Source of the DNA: a virus
Lineage: Duplodnaviria; Caudoviricetes
Length of the DNA stretch: 64,000 bases
IMG/VR virus record: IMGVR_UViG_3300014205_000173
Direction: 5' to 3' (one strand)
A program made the position numbers and the translations under genes. Below are positions 1 through 15,100 of this stretch, in pieces (position 1 is the first letter of the stretch; every line of letters begins with the position of its first letter). Below the pieces are notes generated by a model. That model worked only from the letters and a program-made list of their open reading frames with translations. It made no database searches and was not told the origin of the DNA.

Positions 1-167
1 TTCTCGATATCATTTACTGATCTTTCAGAAAAAGCCAAAGCAGAGCCGGTTGGGAATCCTCCATTAATATGATCTGATTTATAAATTGTTAAAATTAATT
101 TAAAATCAGTAGAATCCCCTAAAACAGGAGTTAGATAGAGGGCAATATTTGTTATTAGCTGACTCAT
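1..167 (-). CDS. 5' part of a further putative virion structural protein (runs off the window; not in the ORF track)
   Basis: ATG at 167-165 overlaps the TGA of the 6299-aa gene (ATGA). The frame stays open to the window edge: MSQLITNIALYLTPVLGDSTDFKLILTIYKSDHINGGFPTGSALAFSERSVNDIE. Confidence 0.8.
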   Translation of the reverse strand, partial: MSQLITNIALYLTPVLGDSTDFKLILTIYKSDHINGGFPTGSALAFSERSVNDIE

Positions 168-3100
168 TCTATAATAAATTCCTGTCCAAGAACTTTTCCA
201 CCAGAAATAGATTCAAGATTTCCAACTCTTCCTATAAACTTCCATTCCGTCCCATCTTCATTTCCCAAGAAAACTCCCTTATTTGTAGAAATATATATTT
301 TTCCATTAGACTCTTCTAAGTTAAAGACAATATTTGCACCAACATCATCCAATAGTGATGAAAGATTATTAAGAAATTCCCAGTTAGAGTCAAAACTTTC
401 ATTTGTAAAGTCAGAAGAATTTCTCACAAATCTAATATCATTAAGACTGTTGCTTACTGCTACAGCCAATACGACATTAGAAGAAGTATAAATCATAGAA
501 ACAAATTTATATCCAACTAAATTGCTTGATAAATTTTGTGATTTAATTACATTTTGTCCATTTTCTGTTGAATAAAAAAGACCACTATTGGTTCCAACAA
601 TCCAGTTCCCGCTCAATGTAGATACACCACAAAGAATTCTTTTTGATCCAGAAAACTTTTCTATATCAACAATAAATGAGAACGAATCAACAAGATCTCC
701 AGTAGCTCTCTTATATCTTGGTGTGGTTAAGAAGCTTCCAGAGCCATCTATTTCTGTTGGATCTGGAATTAACCTATAAGGAAATACTCTATATGCATAA
801 TACATATTTGACTTCAAAATAGGAGCTAGCTGTTTTTTGTAATCAGAGTCTTCTCTTAATGCAGTTAGTAATTCCTTGTTTGTCATACTGCTTCCATTCG
901 TGATTAAATCTTCATATGCTCTGATATCTGCTTTATTTTCCAAATATCCGGTTGATGTTATTGAAAACGATCCATCTGCCTCAATTCTTCTTGCTTCACC
1001 TATAGTTGCATCAACTCTGTCAATTATTGGAAAATCTGTTGTTGGGTAATTTTTCCCCTGAGGATAGTTGTTAGGACTATTTACATTTGGGAAATCTCCA
1101 ATAAAAATAACACCATTCGTATGGTAGGTAATTGAATCTTGACTTCCAACATATTTTTTCTGGTTTGAAGATTCTTCAAAAAGCAATCCAGAATCACTGT
1201 TTTCAAACTTTGCACTTTTACCAAAAGAAAAACCACTTTCAGGACTACTAAATCCGTTTGGATAAACAGAACCATTTTCTGGCAACCAAACACCATTACT
1301 ATAGCTCTCTGCAATTTCAAACGTTGAGAATGGTCCATACCTTACAATTAATGCAGAATCCCACCCCTTATACTCTAAAAGAGAAGAAGACATTGAAGAT
1401 TTAGCCCAAACAGATTTACTTAGCATTTCTTCTGTTTTATCAGTCCAACCACCATCATTAGGATTTGAAATGCTTCCCCAAGAAAATTGAATACTTTTCT
1501 TAATGGAAATATCACCTGAGTATGTTATTATTGTTTTTGATATTGGTCTTTCTACAGTTATATATAATCCATTTTCTCCTCCTCTAAAAATTCTTCTAAC
1601 TCCCTTGTCCACAGATTCCCATATTACATTTATTTCGGAATCTAACTGTTCTACATTCCTATAATTAACACGATCTACATCACTTGACCACAAACCATTA
1701 TCTGTTGCTAAAATTATAGAATTATCACTTAATGATATAAGATCTTTGATATTACTAGGAATAAAGGAACTCGTAAGTTTCTGCCAAGTTGTTCCATTGT
1801 TTGATGTTGTATGAACACCTTTGTTTGATATTGCAAAATTTTCATCAGAATCAAGCTTACCTATTTTATTTACCTTTATATATCCACTATCATACTCTGG
1901 GTTTTGTAATAAAAATGGAATTGTTAAAGGATTTACTTCATCCTGACCTATTTTTATCTCATCTAAACCAAATTTTTCTTCCTTTCTAGATATTTTGAAA
2001 GTTAAATATTTAGTTAAATCATCTGTTTTAAATGTAATTTTTTCAAAATTACTTAGAATATTGTCATTTTTTGGGTATGTTTTTGCTATTATTGTATTTG
2101 AGTCTGTAAATATTTCATCACCCATTTCAAAATTATCAAAAGTAACATTTGTTATAAGACTATCAGAATCTACTTGAACATTAAACTCCTCTCTTATTGG
2201 ATCGTAATATTTTTTTATTCCCAAAGAATCAAATCCTAAAAATATAGAATTAGAAAATTCAGAAACAATAGAATATTTATTTAATCCAGATCCACAATTT
2301 AATATTAAATTCCAACTTAAACCAAAATCTATTGATCTATAGATATCTTCAGTAGAAGTTATTGCGTATAATATTCTAAAATCTTGGGTGTCAACAAGTA
2401 CTTGTTTGTATCCTGTATCTGGCAATCCATTGCTGTCCAAACTAAGTTTTGCCCAAGATGTTCCATCATTTGTTGAGTAATAAATTCCAATATCAGTAGA
2501 GATATACAAAACATGTTTAATAAAATTTCTAGTTTCTTCTGTTTCTGAAATTTCTATATTTAATATATCTGCATTAGATGGTATTCCGTTTGTTTTTTCT
2601 ACCCATTTTATTCCGTTATCATTAGAAATATAAACCTTACTATAAAGAGATCCTTGTTCTTTAAAAACCATCCAAATAGGCTTTACAATTCTTGGTTTTT
2701 TAATTAGAGTAGATTCTACTCTATATGGGACAGAAAATCTATCAAAAATATTTGCATTTCCCTGATTTATTATTCTGTAAATGTCCGAAACCAATCCAAC
2801 TGTAGTTAATCCCGTTTGTGAGTCATAAGAGTTGTATGAAATCTCAAAACATAATGGTCTTACAATAACTGTATTTACTGACAAGATTCTTCCTGTGAGA
2901 TCTTTTCCACTAAAAACGTTTCCTGAAATATAAACATTCAAACCATCTAATTCGGATGTAAGTCCTTGCATCCTATCTCTTTCGGTATAAATATTACCAA
3001 TTCCTATGTCGTAAATTCTATAAAAATATGGAATACCTGACTTTAATGTTATATCATTATCTACATAGAGGCTTTCAGAAAAATTATCCAAACCAATATA

Positions 3101-6100
3101 AACAACTTCTGAATTGAAAATTTCATTACCAACAGAATATTCTTGTGCGTTTGTTGGATTTTCTTTTGGATTTTCATAAGAAGATCTTATTATTAATATT
3201 GTCTCTCCATTGTTTTCAATCTGAACAGAATTTTCTGTTTTAGAAACAAAACTATTTATTCTTATTTGAACAACGTCTCCAGTAGTTGGAAGTCCTTCTG
3301 TAGATTTTGCGTAAACTTTAGTTTCTGAATCCTTTATATAAAGACCGTCATCTTTAACTCCAACCAAAATAATATCTGAATTTACAGAAAGAATTTCAGC
3401 ACAAGTTATATTTCCACTTTCAAACCCAAACTGATCACAAGACCACTCCCACCTGAATGTAGTTCCTCCATCAATTGAGTTATATATACCATTCATTAGC
3501 CCACGATTAGATGTCCCAACAACAACTCTATTTTGATTATTTGGATCTTGAGAAATACAAGTTATATTCCATCTTCCATATTCTATTCCGTATTGAGTAA
3601 AAAATCTAGATTCAAGTCCAGAAAAAGTTAGAGAATCATATTGGTGTATTCCAAAACCAAGTGTTGGAATGATTAGATTTTCTGTTACTGTAATTTCATT
3701 TATTGGAATATTAAAATATTGTTGTTCGTTTCCAGTTAAAGATCTATCTTGTTTATCCCATCCTGTAGTTAGGTCAATAGCAAACAACCCTACATTGTCT
3801 TTACCAGATCCATAAATTGAAGTAGAATAAAGAGTTCCATCATAATATTTAAAATCTGAAAAAATTCCGTTTGGCTGATTAGGAACTATAAATGGTTCCC
3901 AAAACATCATATCACACCCATATGATCTATAAAGAAATGATGAGTTTAAGGCGGGAGTATGTTCGTAGTATGTTTCAAAATAATTACTATTTTGACCAAA
4001 AATAAGATAAGAAACTATTCCAACTTCAGTTTCGTCCGAATCCTCGGAAAAATTTATACCCCAAGAATTTCTTGGCATAAACTTACTATCATATAAATCT
4101 TTCCTGCCTGAAAAAATTTGTGTCCAAGTATCAAGCTGAGAAGTTATTGTAAGTTGTGTTGCCTCTCTATTTCTTCTTCCTGAAATTAAGGAGACTTTCT
4201 TGTGATAATTTTTTATTTCATCATTCCTGTCAGAAGTAAATGGCATTAGGAATAATTTATTATCAAATCCACCAACAAGAATTACATTAATTGCGTTTAG
4301 AAAACAAATTGCCCCACGATGATTTCCTATCGTAAAATGATTTGTTGCTTCCCAATTATAGCTATTCATCCCGGGGCGATCTACCCAACTAAGATTCTCA
4401 ATAAATGACTGTTTAACGTCTATACTTGTTATTCTCTTTTCCAAATCAACTTCTTGTGGTCTTAATATAACAAAGTCATGTGTTATCTTTCCATAAAGTG
4501 CTGATCTAGTAGCATAAATAACAACGCTACATTCAAGAGCAGTAGAATCATTCCTTACGACAAGATCTGTATAACAGTGTTCAATTATATCAGAGTCATT
4601 TTCTTCTGAAAACTCAAAAGGATGCCATATACTAGATCCATTTTCCAATATAAGTATATTGTCCTTTCCTCCTGCATAAAAATCACCAGACACACTATCT
4701 TTTGTTATTCTATAAATTGTTTGAATTGATAAGCCTTCGGCAGACCCTATATTTGTAGGCAAACCAACTATTTCTGTAGGATCTTGATTCGTATCATTTT
4801 GACTGTTAAATTTTATTTTACAAATTTCAACTTCTGTTTCCGTAATTCTATTATCAAAAACTCCAGCAAAAATTATTGGATTTTCACTAACACTAGAAGC
4901 CTCTGAAAGATAAATGTGCGAAGGAGATCCAATAGATGATGTCCTATCAAAAACTTTAATATTTTCTCTATTTGAAATAAAATCAAAATCTTCAAGAACA
5001 GAATCTTCTCCAGTTGAAGATATTAAATTTTCAGAAAACATAACATAATCAATTATAGTACCTAAACTATTTTCAATTTCTAAAACTCCCTTAATTTCAT
5101 AAGGCAATAGAACAACTTCATTCCACCTTCTTCCATTATTTACTGTGTTAAGAATAATGTTAGAGTAAGAATACATACCACTTGTAGATGTTTTGTCTAC
5201 AAAAAAATCACTAGAAATAGGATTCCCACTTAAAACATAAACAGGTCTCCAACTTCCTATGTTAAATTTATCTTCTCTGTAAATAGTTCTAGGATCTTCC
5301 TCAATAAAGGAAAGAAACGTTCCATCAGATCTTTTTATACAAAGACCAATGCTTGTAGCTATTATAATCTCTTGAGACAAACCTTCTATAACATTTCTAA
5401 CTTCTAAAACTTTATTTTCAACACCTAAAAGATTGTCTGAAAATAAATCATTTTTACCAAAATCAACACGATTATTATCTGTTACTTGAATTAAAATATC
5501 ACCAGCAGAAACATATAAAATATTTGAAGTATCTACAAATATATTTGTAATATTTTCGGCTTCATTAAATTGGTTTTTTACAATAAACGGAGTTGGACCT
5601 CCCTCAAAAGACCATAATCCCTTTGTTGTTGCTACCACAATCCTTGAGGCATTTTGTGCGAATTGATCAGTTAATGAAATAGAAATTTTCTTACTGTCTA
5701 TCTCAACACGCCTTCCACTGGCATCATAAAAATCCAAATAGTAATAGTAAGTATCTGGACAAATTAGGCTTACGTCATTTATTGAAGAGTTTATTGAATT
5801 AGAATCGCCTGAAAAAAGTATACAGTGATCTTCTCCAACCATTTCTGTTATAAGAAAATTTTTCCCGGAAGATGAAATCTCGCTTTCACCATCAACTCTT
5901 TCTACATAAACTGTATCTAATGCATTGGCTAGAACTTTTCTTGATATGTCATTTTCTCTAACATTAACCAACATGTATTGATTTACAAGACTATTTGTTC
6001 CTATGCTTTGTCCTGATGTAACTGAAAAATTTTGAGCAACAATTTTCCACGCTAAAAAGTTTTCTCCATCAACACTAATCGTATCTTCTTGTATTGAAAA

Positions 6101-9100
6101 TATTTGACCTAAAGTTTGATTGATGTTATAAACTCTATCCTCATATACGGGTCTTATCTCTGATTTACTTCTACTTAATAAAGAGTTAGGATAAACACTG
6201 GAATTGTTTGCCCACGTTAAAAATATTCCTGGAGGACTATTTTCACCACTAGATATATAGTCCAATCCATTTGTTTGAGATATTGCTTTTACCTCTCCCT
6301 TAAACCCGCTTGACTCAGAATATCTTTCAACGGTGTAATTCGTTATAGATCCATTTTCTATAACATATGATATTACAGAAATTCCATCTGCCCCCAAGGC
6401 TAACCAAATTCTACCAAAATTATCTTCAAAAATATCAAAAACATTTAAGCTTCCAATTTCTATCACACCAAAATTATAAAAATTAGAACCTATAAAAACA
6501 TTTACTCCGTCAGATTCTGTTGCAATCCAATATGCATCATTGCTGTCTTTAAAAATTTTATTTATGTTTTTTATGTTTCTATTAGATGGAACAAACAGTT
6601 CAGATCCATTAAAAACAAAACTATCTTTATTGTTAGAATAGATATTGTCGTCTGTATCTACAACAACTATATCTTTGTTTTCTATAAAAAATTCCTTACA
6701 ATCTAAAAACGTATTGGTTTTAAACACAGACTCATTTGGAGAGTCTAAGTCCAAAGTTGTCTTACAATAACCATTATCTGTTATAAAGTACAAATTACCA
6801 AAAGAATCTACATCTACCTTTTTAATGTTTTCAGAAGGAATCCAAGAATCATTTATAAAAATTCTTGTTGAATTTCCATTTGTAACTACAGCATTTATTG
6901 AACCATTATCGTTGACATTAAAATCAACACAACCATCAACAAACCCATTGCTTTCCGAAACAGATATTTGATTCCAATCTACGCCAAAGGCATTTGATAT
7001 ATAAATACCATTATTTGAATTACTACTAGAAGGTCTAGATGAAGAAACAACAAAATTTCCAAACTGACTTTCAGGAACCATTCCTTCAAACCCAAGAATA
7101 TCTTCTACACTTCCTATTTTTAATAAAACATCCAAAGAAAAATCTATATTTCTATTGGTAAATTCAATTGCGTAATCTCCATTCAAACTTAAAATAACAG
7201 TATCTTCTTCTAAAGAAATTCTTGAAACTCTTCCTCTTATAATTTCTTCTGTATCCGTATAACAAATGAATATATTTCCATTATAATCTTCTATTAAAAT
7301 ATTTTCGTTTGTATTTGAAACCGTTCCAGTGATCTTTGTTTCATTTATTAATGGACTATATTCTACTCCACTTATGTTGAAAATAATAGTTGGAAGTAAA
7401 ACTAATTTATTTCCTTGCGACTCAACTATTTTTGATGAAAAAGAAAAGTTTATTCCATTTTCCCTAAAGATAACTGGACGTTTTACCCATATATTTTCTG
7501 GAATAAATGGATTACTTCCAAAAGAACCACTGTTAGAAATTGTTATTTCGTTTGTATTTTCAGAAACATTTAACGATAGTATGCTTGCAGAGGCAGTAAA
7601 TGCTTCTCTTGGATTATTTATAGAAACAAATATTTCATCTTCATTTTCACCGGAAGGATTTAATAGTATTTTTGAAACTAAGTAATTTGACGAATCTTCT
7701 CCCGGCAAAAACTCACCTTTATATGATGAAGATTCAGATGTAAATGAGTCTTTTGAAACTAAGATTCTATTGTTAGAAATAAATGCCATTCTATCATTAT
7801 TTGTTTCAGAAACTACTATCGGATATGTTATTTCTGATTCACTTCTAACTTCAATCCACTCTCCTGTTAATAGGTTTGCAGAATTAGTATCTATTTGTTT
7901 TTTAATAATTGAATTAGAAGATGTTACAAATAAAAAGTTACCATATTGAGAGTTAACAAATTTTAATCCACTTCCTAAAATATTTTCAAATGTAACTGGA
8001 AGAGAAATATCTGTCCACTCTATGGCGCTTCTACTTCCATCAACATATCTAGAGTCATTTATAGTTCCAACTCTAAGCTTATATTCATTCCCTAATATAA
8101 AGGCAGCAAAAAAAACTCTATCAAAAGTATTTCCAATAAATTCTCCCGGAACATCTTCTATATCTATAATTTTAAAGCTAGAAATATCAAAATCAGTATC
8201 AACTTCAGACCAAGAAATACCAGAATTTATTGATACATAAAGTTTGTTGTTATAATTTGAGTAGATTGGACTCCCTATGTTTATTGAAAAAATACCAGAA
8301 AGATTTGCAACAGCATCTCCTATTAGTATAAGTTCTACATACTGTTGACCGATTACTAAATCATTATAAACTCTATGAAAAGCTATTGTGTATGTATTTT
8401 CTCCAAAAGAAATCTCTCTTCCAACAAGTAAATTCTCCTTCGACAAAATAGTATTTAAAGAGGCTTCTGAGTAAGGAATTTTAAAGGAAGTTAAATTACT
8501 AAGAAGACAAGTTGAAGTTTCTCCAACAATTAAACTATCTCCATTAAATGCTGAATTTAATTTCAATGTTGTTGTTTGTGAATTTAATGAACTATTTGTA
8601 TTTCTATGATAATATTCTCCATATCCAGAATTTTCTACAGTATATATATTGTTTGGTTCATTAACATTATCTGCAATCAATGTTGCATCTTTTAGCGTAA
8701 ATGGTCTTGGTATCTTATTGGCATCTAAAAATAAATTCAATTTATAGCTAGAATTATTCCACTGATCATTTGTTTGAAAATCTATATTAATAAACTTGTT
8801 ATCTACTCTAGCTAAATCTCTTACTGAGTCCCAAAGAAATGATTCTTCATTAAATCCTCTTTTAGTATAAATTCCTTCAAGAGTTAGAGATTCGCTATAT
8901 TCAGACAAATAGGAAACATTAAAGTCTATATCTTGAGAAGTTTGTCTTGTTGAAAATTGTACTGGGCTGTTAAACCCTGGAGTTGTTTCTGAATTAAAAA
9001 CCGAAACCCTTCTTTCCCAAATATTCCCATCATCATTGGAATATAAAATAGGTACTTTCACAAACCTACTAAAAGCATCATTGTATTGTATTGTTAAAAA

Positions 9101-12100
9101 AACCTCATTTTTATCTTTAGGATTTATTGACAAATGACCTTCTGACTTCAACAAAGATGGAGTCATTAAAAGCTCACCAAACAATCTAAAGTCTGAGGCT
9201 GGAATTTCTTTTTCAGAAAATACAAAATTATTATCTGCATCAAATGTCATTGTTGTATATGACATTTTTTCAAAAAAATAATTATTTGATCCCAATTTAT
9301 ATTCTATTTTATAACTAGATATAAACTTTATTTCGTCACTACCACCATGAACAACAGTTAACCCACTTATCATATTTTCAGATTTGAAAATATTTTCAGA
9401 TATTCCACTTGAAACTAATTCTATGTCATACACACTCTGCCAACTATCGCCACCATCCAAACTCTTATATATTACATGCTTCCTTGTTCCAAAATCATAT
9501 GGACAATATGGATAGTATGATTTTCCATCAGTTATTAAATTTTCAGGTGAATCATAAACCCATAAAAGCTCTCCAGAAGAAAGATCATCAGAATTTATTA
9601 ATGGTTTCCCAAATAGATATTTTTTTATTCTGTTTGGCGAGTCCTTTATAGAAAAGTCATTAACCCTACATTTTATATAGATAATATTTGGATTTGTACC
9701 AACAGAAACTTCATCAACATTTAATGTTATTGGAAGAAATTCTGTAGAACAACTTTCCCAAACGATTGAAGTAACTCCACCACTTTCATCGAAAGCGTTT
9801 ATAGACTTAAATACGCCACCACCACAAGTTGCTGCATAAACAATATTTGAATTATTTGGACAAATACTAACTTCTTGAACATAAAGATTTTTAAGTCCAT
9901 TGTTTGCTTGCTCCCATGTAAGTCCACGATCTCTAGAAACCATAATTCCGCCACCATAAGAATATGATAAAAGATTATAGTTTTCTGAATAGTCAAAAAC
10001 AGAGTTATTTAAAACATCTTCTTTCCTAGGTGGAACTCCTACTGTTTTCCAAGAAAAAATTTTAGACCTTACACATCCCGACATTCTAACGAAGATGACA
10101 CTATCTCCAGAACTATAAACACCTCCATGTTCTGTTCCAGCATAAACTGTTTTCCCATCAGCATATAAACACCAAACTTGAGGATGCTTTTCTAGCCCTG
10201 TATACTGATACCAAGTTGTTGTTAATAAAACATATCTCCAAACACCTTCCTTTATTGTTCCTACATATAAGGTTCCATCATCTGCTGTTCCATATGCAAT
10301 ACTTATTGCATATTTATCAGAAGACCCAGACAATTGAGACCATGTTGGAGAAACAACAGTCACATCTGGACAATAATAAACACCATTGATTCCACAGGCC
10401 AAATAAACTCCATTAGAACCGTCTTCAACTGCGTCTCTAATTAAAATTTCCAGAGTTTTTTCACCACCAATATCTAGGGCATTAAAATCTGACGGAAGAC
10501 CATTGTTTATTTTGACGTATTCTTGTGCGTCCATAAAAACAAATCTGTCGTATCCATCCCAGCTAAATCCATTTTCCCAAGAAAAACCAATATAATTATC
10601 CACAGGATAGGTTGGATTCTCTAATATTGAAAAATTACCTTCACTTTGAGAGTTTTGTCTTCCAATTGAAAGTTTTATTTTGTATTTTAGTCCAGAAAGT
10701 TCAACTGACTTTACAATAAATGTTATCGGATCTTTAATCCCACCAACTTCATCTACTCCTTTGGATATTATTAGGTATGAGTTTAGTAAGCTTTCACTCC
10801 CGTATGCAGATATAAAGCTTCCAATATCACTGTAGGCAGGATGAGTAGAGTCTATTTCAAACATAAAAAGTTTTTCTAAAAGTTTATTAAACTTAGTATT
10901 TTCACTAAAATCCTTAGAATATCCCTGATTCGTATATCTGTATCCTGGATATTCAATTAACTCATCTTGTGCTTCGTCAAACTGTGTTTCTGAAAATGCA
11001 TATCCATAAGTAGTGTAATCATCAAGATACCCTGACAATGGTTCTGGCAATAAATATCTTTCTGCATTTCCGCTTAAGAAAACCCCATCTCTATCAGTAA
11101 TAACTAAAAGCCTTGTATCTCCTCCAGACAATGGTATTATTTTTACTATTGAGTTTTTATCTGGATGATGTTTAAATGGTTCTTCATATGGAGATTCTCC
11201 ATTCTGTCCATTAAACATAAAATCAAACTTAAAAAATGTCTTTGAGTTCGGAGAAACGCTCCCGCTTCCCTTTAAATCTTCTTCTTTCTTTCTTTCGTTA
11301 TTTGTAACTGACGAAGTTGCAACATTACTAAACTTATGTTTATTCCTAGAAGATTCAGAAATTATTGTATTCCCATTCCAACCAGATCCTTCACCAAAAG
11401 AGTCTGTAATGTAATTTATATTTCCAGAATCTAAAACATAATATAAATTTCCTAATTTTTTATCATATCTTTCTTGCTGATCCCAATCAAAAATCCCATT
11501 TGTAATTGTTCCTGGACTTTCAATTTTTTCATAAACAACAGAACCATCATCATCTAAAACTATTGGATATAAATTGTCAATACCATCGTTTACTCTCCAA
11601 ACCTTCCATTCAGAAGAGTTAATATCTTTAGAAGAAACTTCACTTGGAATATTTCCAATCCAAGAATTTTCCAAATAACTATTTGAAATCTGATCTCTTT
11701 TAAATATTCCAGATCCATCTGTTCCTATCCAAATTCTATCTAGATCTATATTCGCATCCTGATCAACAACTGTTTCTATTGAAGAAATATCGTTTTCTGG
11801 AAAAACAATTTTAGTCCATGTCCAAATAGAAGTTAATGGATTTAATGCGTCTGAAACTCCTTTAAAAACACCATTGTCCGAAGTTCCTAAATACAATATT
11901 AAGTTGGAAATATCTCTATATAAATCTATTGAAGTTATTTTTTCATTATTTATTAAATCTGAATCACTTAAAATTTTTGTAAAGTCAGTATTTGTTGTAG
12001 AAGAATCATGAACATAAACGCCACCATAAATATTTGTTGGAGAGGCTGCATATAAATAGTTTCCTGTATTATCAAAACACAAAGAACTAAATTTTGCATA

Positions 12101-15100
12101 AGGCAAATTTGTATCTGGATTAAGTTCCAAACCATCACTTATACAATACCATTTTTGTGTATCGGTGCTCCTATCTGTATATACAAAATTATCACTTACT
12201 GTGAACAATTTACCACTTGAAGTTATTACAAGATCTTTGCACGTCCTTTCTTCAATCTGATATTTACACTTTAAAATTTCACCTTCTTGAACAAAAGAGT
12301 TAAGGTTAGTACTATCAACAACAATATAGTCCCCATCTATTTCTTTTACTCTAAACGTAATAAATGGTCTTTTCTCAAAATACACAAAAGAACCTATTAA
12401 ATTTTCCTCGTTTAGTCCTACTCTATTCGTTAGTTTTATTCTATCAGTTTGAATGTCACTATAAGATCCATCTGAATATAAAGAAATTTTGTCATAAGAC
12501 CCATCGTATCTTTCTATTCTACATTGCACCCTATGATAATTAGCACTATAATAAGTATCTCCACTTACAAGCTTCTTAGACGCAGTAACTTCATACTCAT
12601 AATTACAGGAAGGATCTTTTATTATAAATCCAAGCAAAGAATTATCAACAGAATAATCTGTAGAAAGTTCGTCCTCATAACTCAATAGAATGCTTGCTTG
12701 ATTTTTTCCGTCTTCAAAAAGATCATCATAAACTACATATGTTCTACCTTCTAAGTTTGAAGAAAATATTTTTTGAGTATTAGAAGTAGTAAAATCATAC
12801 TCAAAATCGTTATAAAAATCAGGAGATGAATTTACAGAAGATGGATCTCTTAATATGGCTCTCCAGTTATTATGAATTTCTAATCCAAAATATTTATGCC
12901 ATAAATAGTATGGATCTTCTGTCTTATAGATAGTATTCCAGTTTGCTTCATCAGAATCTTCTTTTTTTTCTATTCTTAATGCTAACTGCCCACGAGCCGG
13001 AGAAGCTTCTCCGTCATAATATTGATCTAATACACCAAGCACTTTGGAATTATAAACTTTATAAAATAATTTGTTTTTTGGGTTTCCAACATAATAACCA
13101 GAAAGAGCATCTTCCGTCTGATACTCTAATGGTATTTCTGAAACTGTTTCATAGTCTACAATTAAAACAGTTTCATCCTCGCTAGTATTTGAGTCTGTCC
13201 AAATTGTAGATTTAACAGCATAGGCATTTTTATCATCAAAAGAACCTAACATTACTCTTGAGTCTTCTCCATTTGACTCTTTAGTAAATGATATTGATAT
13301 TGTATTTAATGCTTCACCAAATGGCTCGTTTGTTGAATACCAATAATCTCCACTTTCACTATCAATATTTGCACCAGATCTGTTTGCAAAATATGGATAA
13401 GTACCTTCTAGAACAAACTCCATCCTTCTAACATCTAAAGTTTCATTTTTATCGTTTAATAAATAATTAAATTCATAAACTGGACCTCTATCATAATTGT
13501 CTAAAATTTTATAAAACTTTCCATCTGGCATTTTTGCAAAATAATCAACAAATTTATGGTCTTCTAAAACTTTAGCAACAACAGGGTCTACGTCTACCTG
13601 ATAGAACATTCTTTTAGTATCTGTCTTTTCTGAACTTACATAAAGAGAATAATTTATAGCAGGGCTATAGGAGTCATGTAACGCTCCAGTTTTCTCGATA
13701 CCAATAGAGTCAAAAGAAATACTGTTACTTGCTGTGCCATAATTGTTTGCTGAAAAATTTGTTCTTGCAATATTTCCAGATCCACCCAATAGTTCAGAAC
13801 TATAGACTCCAAGAAAATTCATTCCAAAATAAACTTTATCTACATCTGATTTGTTGTTTACTATTTTTAAAATTGAAGAAGATATAAAATTAGATCCAAA
13901 AAGCAAATCTGTTGAAATCTCATTTGTCTTAGAAGAAATGTTTTCAGTTTCAGAAGAGTATTTTTTAACAAAAAGACTGTCATTCCCATAATAATAAACA
14001 GATCTAGAATCTGACAAATCTTTTTGATAGGAAAATGTGGTAAATGTTTTTTCTGAATTTCCAGCTAACCATATCCAGTTATTTCCATAATCATATGATC
14101 TATATAACCCAGACTCTAATATTGCATTTAAAATCCAAGGATGTTTGTCATCTAGAACAAGGTTTAAAATTTCAGGACTATCTTTTGTATTTTTATCAAA
14201 AATTGTGTTCCACACATACTCCCAAGTATTACTGCCTGAAAGCGTTCTATAGAAACCTCTATCTGTTCCAGCAAAACATATTTTATCATCAACAACAATT
14301 ACATTGTTTACTTTTACAGTAGATATATCTAAGTTGATATCTGAAATTACTGGCTGTCCTCCCCAAATAACAGTCCACTCATTGGTTTCGTTATTATATT
14401 GGATATATGCACCATCAATTTTTTCATCAAAAGAAGAGTTTCCAATAGGGTTTAGGGTTTCTAAAATAACTCCAGTCTTAGAATAAATTATTGAATTAAC
14501 ATCTCTTATCCAAATATTTTCATCAGTACCTGCATAAAATTTATTATTTACAGAATCATTAAAAACATAAAACAAAACATAATCAACATCACCAATGTCC
14601 GTTGAATTTTCTGAGTAAATTTCATTTTCAATAAAGCTTCTATCAAGATCTATTATAAAATCATTATCCCTGTAATTTGACACAAAAATATTTGTTAGCT
14701 TGGAAGTTATACTATTATCCATTGCCGGAATAGTAACAGATTGTAAGTTTTCAAAAAGTGTAGAAATTTCAAAATCATCATCTGTATTTATATATTTTAT
14801 AAAAATATTATCTCCATTTAGAGTTGCTGAAACTAACTCTATAGAAATAACATTGTCAGAAAGTAAATTTTCAGTAAAATCAGAAGATGTTAATTTGTTT
14901 CCGTTCTTAAATACAGTAAAAGTTCCCTGTTTGCCTTCTCCCTTCAATAAGGTAAACGTGGATTCAGAGCCATTTGCAACAAAATATTCATAGCAATAAA
15001 CTCTTTGAATATAAAATCTGTGAAGTGTATTTGCAGAAATTGTATATTTATAATTTTTATTATTTTTAGAGAATGTTATTGATCTTCCAACAAAAGCCCC

